Program-made: the position numbers and the translations under genes
Source of the DNA: a candidate division WOR-3 bacterium
GTDB lineage: Bacteria; Hydrothermota; Tepidihabitantia; SM23-42
Direction of reading: 5' to 3'
DNA: 64,000 nucleotides
NCBI GenBank assembly: GCA_020353055.1
Contig: CP070686.1
Coordinates: 1,056,625-1,120,624 of the forward strand
Part shown: positions 59,588 to 64,000 of the stretch, in pieces
Layout: every line of letters begins with the position of its first letter
Numbering within the stretch: position 1 is the stretch's first letter
Notes under the pieces: generated by a model
Database searches by the model: none
Seen by the model: the letters and a program-made list of their open reading frames with translations, nothing else
Told to the model about the DNA's origin: nothing

Positions 59588-61318
59588 TTACCTTACTACA
59601 ACAAACTTCTCCACCTGCTGACTAGATTCGGTTTGCAGCACGGCAAAGTAAGTGCCGTTGGTAAGATATTCTATAGGCAATTTCATTATGAATCTTCCCT
59701 CGCCACAATGACCGTCCAAAACATCCTCAACTAATCGTCCGGTCACATCGTATATGCGAAGCGAGACATGTGTTGCAGAAGATGTCTTGAATCTGACTAT
59801 GCCGTCATTTGCGACGATCGTCGGCATTATTCCAAATTCCATGCCATCAATGGACAATCTACCCGCCTCCTGAACTGATGTTGGCCAGTCCAGTAGCCAA
59901 CCGAGCGTCTCGCTCTCAAAGTATAATTCACCCGCTTCAGTCGCTTGATCCTCCAGTACCCAGATCGAGTAGTTTCTGCTTGTCATATTTCCGGTGTTTT
60001 CCATCAAATCGGCCGTCTCCGTTGCATTCCAGTCAAACCATCCGATTTCTCCGGTATTAACGGTTGAAAGCGGACCAGTAATACGCCAGGTATTACCGCC
60101 GTCCCATGAGTACACGCCCTGAATGTGCGCACCATCCAACACAGCCCAGTTGACAGTATTACCAATATAGCAATAGGATTTACAGCTTGCAAGGACTCTG
60201 CCGAGCACAGGGTCGTAAGACAATGAGGGATATTGGCCAGGCCAGCAGTAGAAAAGCGTGTCGCCAACCCACGTCGAGTCAAAGCCTATCGAATCCTGAT
60301 GCCAAATATCCCATGTCCAGTTACCTGGTGACCCGGTGCCCTTGACGATATGCGGACCGCCTGTACCGCCGTAGCCTAGATCGTTATGAATAACCCACGG
60401 TTCATTGTCGACAACAATACAATCGAATTCAGACCACCAATACTGGGAATATGTATTGGCCGGGAAGACAGTGATAGGCGCTTCCTCGCTCCAGGTGTAA
60501 CCGCCGTCGGTTGATTCAGTATAGTACGGATAGAGAGTGGAATCAGTACCGCTGAAATTGTAGTACTCAAGATAGGTATAGAATAGGTACTCATCTGTTC
60601 CTTCAGCCAGAGCACCGGCTGAACCGCCTGCGCTGATGCATAACATGGGTATGGTATCACTCCATCCACATCCCGCATCATAAGATACCCAGCAGTATGC
60701 CCATCCATTGCCGTTGGCAAGATAACTCCAGGCCGTCAGCACGAGATGCGCGGGGTCGTCCCGCATCACTACCATGCTCGGCTCCCATGGATAGGTAGCC
60801 GGTGCCTGTCCATTAGGGGGAATTATCGGCACCGTAAACGATGGCGCCGACGGCAGGTTCTCTTCCCTCATAACGTTCACGCTGACATCACTGTAACCCT
60901 GCGTACAGGATTGGAAGGCAAACCAGAGCTCACCGGTATTAGCATGAAAATTCGGAGTGTAAGCAAGATCGCTGTAGATTCTTCGGCTGTCCCCTGTAAA
61001 CGGCCCATATGTATTCCACGAGACACCACCATTGATTGAATAGGCGATCTTCACGAGCATAGGATTATATGGGTCACCGCTCGGCGCACCGTAGATCACG
61101 GCAATCGCATCACCGCCGCCAGACACCGCAATGCTCTTGCCCTGGCTGCCGAGAATCGCCCTGATGTTGCCCACAGAATCGATAATTACGCGGTCGAAGA
61201 ATGTCTCTCTAGACCGTAATACACTCGGCGCGCCATCATGAACCGCATCATCAATATTGAGCGGGGTATGGGCAAAGACGAATGCATAACATATACAGAA
61301 TACAATCAAGGTCTTCAT
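59588..61318 (-). CDS. Secreted BNR/Asp-box repeat protein with a T9SS-type C-terminal sorting domain (paralog 1)
   Basis: Signal peptide; S-x-D-G-G-x-T-W Asp-boxes (STDGGYTWS, SWDGGNTWR, SINGGVSWN). C-terminus ...LTNGTYFAVLQTESSQQVEKFVVVR. Confidence 0.6.
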   Translation of the reverse strand: MKTLIVFCICYAFVFAHTPLNIDDAVHDGAPSVLRSRETFFDRVIIDSVGNIRAILGSQGKSIAVSGGGDAIAVIYGAPSGDPYNPMLVKIAYSINGGVSWNTYGPFTGDSRRIYSDLAYTPNFHANTGELWFAFQSCTQGYSDVSVNVMREENLPSAPSFTVPIIPPNGQAPATYPWEPSMVVMRDDPAHLVLTAWSYLANGNGWAYCWVSYDAGCGWSDTIPMLCISAGGSAGALAEGTDEYLFYTYLEYYNFSGTDSTLYPYYTESTDGGYTWSEEAPITVFPANTYSQYWWSEFDCIVVDNEPWVIHNDLGYGGTGGPHIVKGTGSPGNWTWDIWHQDSIGFDSTWVGDTLFYCWPGQYPSLSYDPVLGRVLASCKSYCYIGNTVNWAVLDGAHIQGVYSWDGGNTWRITGPLSTVNTGEIGWFDWNATETADLMENTGNMTSRNYSIWVLEDQATEAGELYFESETLGWLLDWPTSVQEAGRLSIDGMEFGIMPTIVANDGIVRFKTSSATHVSLRIYDVTGRLVEDVLDGHCGEGRFIMKLPIEYLTNGTYFAVLQTESSQQVEKFVVVR

Positions 61319-61339
61319 ATGAACTCTAAAACCAATTAC

Positions 61340-63058
61340 TTATCTTACTACAATAAACTTTTCCACCTGCTGACCTGATTCGGTTTGTAGCACGGCAAAG
61401 TAAGTGCCGTTCGTGAGACGGTCTGTGTGAAGGTCTATTCTGTGAGTTCCCTTATGAACCGGTCCGCTATAAACATCATCGACTAACCGACCACTGACGT
61501 CATATACCCGAAGCGAAATATCTGCGGCAGCCCGTACATTGAATGTCATTCTGCATGCGTTCATTACGATTGAAGGGGTAATCCGAAATTCAAGATCCGT
61601 AATCGAGCTATTCCCTGCTTCTTCAACACCTGGATCCCACCAGTAGACCATACCCTGCTCGAAGTACAACACACAGGACGTGTCAGAATGTACCCATATC
61701 GAATATACGTACGGGTGATTGCCGTTTGCGCCCAGGAGGTCAGCGGTCTCGGTCGCCTTCCAGTCATCCCATGCTATCTCACCGGCATTCGGTGCAGATA
61801 GAGGAAAAAGATATATACCCGAAATCCAATAACTGCCACCATCATAGCTGCAGATCCCATGAATATGAGGTCCGTCATAGGCTGCCCAGGTAAGGGTATT
61901 ACCGACATACATATAAGCTTTGTAACTCACTAGTACCGCGCCGATCGACGGTTCGTAGGATAATGATGGCTGCCCACCTGGCCGAACATAAAAGAGCGTA
62001 TCCCCGCGCCAGATAGAATCAAAACCGATTGCACCCGCATCCCACATTGTCCAGGTCCAGTTGCCTGGTGAACCGGTCGCCTTTGCCACGTGGGGCCCGC
62101 CCGTACCGCCGATGCCAATATCGTTGAATACGACCCACGGCTCATTATCCATGACCAGGCAGTCGAACTCGTGCCACATGTACTGAGAGGATGTGTTGGC
62201 CGGAAAGACCGAGATCGGTGTCTCTGCGCTCCATGTATAGCCGCCGTCGGTCGATTCCATGTAATGTGGATACGGGGTAGAATCACTACCGTTGAAAGTG
62301 TAGTAATCCACATATGCATAGAAAATATGACCACCGGTTCCCGCTGATATCGCACCGGGTGCGCCGCCAGCATTAATGTACGCCATCGGTATCGTATCGG
62401 TCCAGCTATAACCGCCATCAGTGGAGATCCAGCAATATGCCCACTCATTGCCGTTCACAAGATAACTCCACGCCGTAGCAACGAGGTAAGTCGGGTCATC
62501 AATGGCCACGACAATACTCGGCTCCCAGGGATAGATGGCAGGAGCAGAAGCATTCGTAGGCACGATCGGTACCGAGAACGAAGGCGCCGACGGCAGATTC
62601 TCCTCCATCATTACGTTGATCTGGCCATCTGTGTAGCCCAGTGTGTTCTCCTGGAAGCAGAAGAACAATTCACCAGGGTTCGCGTCGAAATCAGGCGTTG
62701 CCGCGATATCATTGTATATCCTGCGCGACGCACCGGTGAATGGCCCGTATGTTGTCCAGGATGAACCACCGTTCAATGAATAGGCGACCTTTGCCAACAT
62801 TGAATTGCTCGGATCGCCACTTGGCATGCCATAGAAAACGGCAACTGCTTCACCGCCGCCAGACACCGCAATGCTCTTGCCCTGGCTGCCAAGAACTGAT
62901 CGGACATCGCCGAGTTGAGCGATAATTACACGGTCGGAGCAAATATCCTCCGAGTATCCTCTATTGAATACACGATTATAGACAACATCACCCACACTGA
63001 CTGTGGTACGGGCAAAAATGTATGCATAACATATACACAATACGAGTAAGGCTTTCAT
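61340..63058 (-). CDS. Secreted BNR/Asp-box repeat protein with a T9SS-type C-terminal domain (paralog 2)
   Basis: Colinear with paralog 1, including identical nucleotide stretches. Confidence 0.6.
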   Translation of the reverse strand: MKALLVLCICYAYIFARTTVSVGDVVYNRVFNRGYSEDICSDRVIIAQLGDVRSVLGSQGKSIAVSGGGEAVAVFYGMPSGDPSNSMLAKVAYSLNGGSSWTTYGPFTGASRRIYNDIAATPDFDANPGELFFCFQENTLGYTDGQINVMMEENLPSAPSFSVPIVPTNASAPAIYPWEPSIVVAIDDPTYLVATAWSYLVNGNEWAYCWISTDGGYSWTDTIPMAYINAGGAPGAISAGTGGHIFYAYVDYYTFNGSDSTPYPHYMESTDGGYTWSAETPISVFPANTSSQYMWHEFDCLVMDNEPWVVFNDIGIGGTGGPHVAKATGSPGNWTWTMWDAGAIGFDSIWRGDTLFYVRPGGQPSLSYEPSIGAVLVSYKAYMYVGNTLTWAAYDGPHIHGICSYDGGSYWISGIYLFPLSAPNAGEIAWDDWKATETADLLGANGNHPYVYSIWVHSDTSCVLYFEQGMVYWWDPGVEEAGNSSITDLEFRITPSIVMNACRMTFNVRAAADISLRVYDVSGRLVDDVYSGPVHKGTHRIDLHTDRLTNGTYFAVLQTESGQQVEKFIVVR

Positions 63059-63076
63059 AGGAACTCCAGAAACGGA

Positions 63077-64000
63077 CTATTTTACTACAATAAACTTCTC
63101 CACCTGCTGACCGTATTCGGTCTGCAGCACGGCAAAGTAGGTGCCGTTGGACAGATGATTCGTGTGCAAATTCATCGTGTGAGTTCCGATATCGAGATAC
63201 CCATTGAACACATCCTGTATGATTCTGCCGCTCACGTCATACACAGACATCCAGATCTGACCGGCAATTTGCATAGTGAATCTCACTGCGCCGGTGTGCG
63301 TGACGACCGATGGGAATATCACAAGATCAAGGATGTGCGCGGGCAAATCACCTGTCTCCTCAATACCGGGCATCGACCAGCTTTCAAAATAGAGTTCTCC
63401 TGCTTCCGTAGCCGGGTCTTCGAGCACCCATATCGAATAATTCTTTGGATACGGGCCCGAATACCTAAGCCAGTCGGCGGTTTCAGTGACATTCCAGTCA
63501 TCCCATATTATTTCACCAGTATTCGGTGTCGAGAGGGGATCGGTAATATGCCAAGTACTGCCTCCGTCATCGGTATATACGCCCTGAATATGCGCCCCGT
63601 CGTACATTACCCAGTTGATTGTATTACCGACATACACGTTAGACTTGCAACTCGCCAAGACCCTGCCAATCACCGGATCGTAGGACAGAGACGGATACTG
63701 GCTGGGCGCACAATAGAAAAGTGTATCGCCAACCCATGTCGAGTCAAAGCCGATCGTATCCTGATGCCAGATAGCCCATGTCCAGTTGCCTGGCGAACCA
63801 GTTGCTTTTGCAATATGCGGTCCGCCGGTGCCGCCAGCGCCGATATCGTTATACACGACCCAGGGTTCGTTATCGACGACAATGCAATCGAATTCATGCC
63901 ACCAGTACGATGATAACATATTCGCTGGAAAAATTGTTATTGGAACTCCCTCGCTCCACGTATAGCCGCCGTCGGTTGATTCAATATAGTGCGGATACGG
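63077..64000 (-). CDS. Secreted BNR/Asp-box repeat protein with a T9SS-type C-terminal domain (paralog 3; N-terminus lies beyond the window)
   Basis: The reading frame stays open to the window edge (…PYPHYIESTDGGYTWSEGVPITIFPANMLSSYWW…). Confidence 0.55.
   Translation of the reverse strand, partial: PYPHYIESTDGGYTWSEGVPITIFPANMLSSYWWHEFDCIVVDNEPWVVYNDIGAGGTGGPHIAKATGSPGNWTWAIWHQDTIGFDSTWVGDTLFYCAPSQYPSLSYDPVIGRVLASCKSNVYVGNTINWVMYDGAHIQGVYTDDGGSTWHITDPLSTPNTGEIIWDDWNVTETADWLRYSGPYPKNYSIWVLEDPATEAGELYFESWSMPGIEETGDLPAHILDLVIFPSVVTHTGAVRFTMQIAGQIWMSVYDVSGRIIQDVFNGYLDIGTHTMNLHTNHLSNGTYFAVLQTEYGQQVEKFIVVK

Larger units (their letters stand above)
59588..64000 (-). repeat. Tandem array of three ~1.74-kb paralogous genes. 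Gene tails and short internal stretches recur near-identically in all three, and one ~38-nt identical stretch is shared by paralogs 1 and 2.
   Basis: Tail variants ttactacaa(c/t)aaact(t)tt(c)ccacctgctgac(t/c)(a/g/t)gattcggt(t/c)tg(c/t)agcacggcaaagta(a/g)gtgccgtt at 59591, 61346 and 63083; identical stretch ccgccgccagacaccgcaatgctcttgccctggctgcc at ~61120 and ~62860. Confidence 0.7.

Noticed and set aside
63077-63919. ORF-track boundaries suggesting a 280-aa gene
   Set aside because: The frame remains open to the window end and matches the middle of the upstream paralogs. It is a 5'-truncated copy of the ~575-aa family, not a short gene.

Overview
The window reads as a chromosomal segment of an anaerobic bacterium. 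Shine-Dalgarno sites are AGGAGG-like and there are several near-consensus sigma70 promoters (TTGACA-N16/17-TATAAT). Three tandem secreted proteins carry BNR/Asp-box repeats and an apparent T9SS C-terminal sorting domain, which suggests an FCB-group or candidate-phylum lineage; I cannot name the organism from sequence alone.

The main feature is a ~21.7 kb run of co-directional, tightly packed redox genes on the plus strand (7.7-28.9 kb), with no internal terminators. In order it encodes:
- hdrA (Cys form), mvhD, hdrC and hdrB;
- a soluble Sdh/Frd-like iron-sulfur subunit and flavoprotein;
- a duplicated 2-oxoacid:ferredoxin oxidoreductase set (alpha-beta-alpha'-beta'-gamma), in which beta' has lost its Fe-S cysteines and TPP motif;
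- a ~1465-aa HdrL-like fusion (HdrA + GltD/NfnB-like NAD(P)H domain + second HdrA);
- a second mvhD, an HdrD-like fused CB subunit, hdrC and hdrB;
- an HdrA-MvhD fusion.

Both the HdrL-like gene and the HdrA-MvhD fusion have an in-frame TGA exactly where the Cys-form HdrA has a cysteine (DCxxC/U-IL). Each TGA is followed about 20 nt downstream by the same perfect hairpin, GGATGTCGGTCGACATCC. This is the expected signature of selenocysteine recoding with a bacterial SECIS element. I read the whole block as a candidate flavin-based electron-bifurcating/confurcating supercomplex linking 2-oxoacid oxidation, NAD(P)H and a soluble fumarate-reductase-like acceptor. The function is inferred from gene content and order, not demonstrated.

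Flanking the cluster:
- upstream, a partial GlnE/GlnD-type nucleotidyltransferase and a TamB/Omp85 pair;
- a class-III aminotransferase with an aldehyde dehydrogenase;
- two paralogous lipoproteins, a Wzx-like flippase and a PflA-like radical SAM protein;
- histidine ammonia-lyase (with Ala-Cys-Gly instead of Ala-Ser-Gly at the MIO-forming site), ComEC, EF-P and CysS;
- urocanase, an M23 peptidase and NadA;
- Rho, ribosomal protein L31 and RF2 (prfB, with the classic CTT-TGA-C +1 frameshift site);
- SpoIID, HolB, HflX, a CDP-alcohol phosphatidyltransferase, RsmI and MnmA.

I found no rRNA, tRNA, CRISPR array or obvious mobile element.
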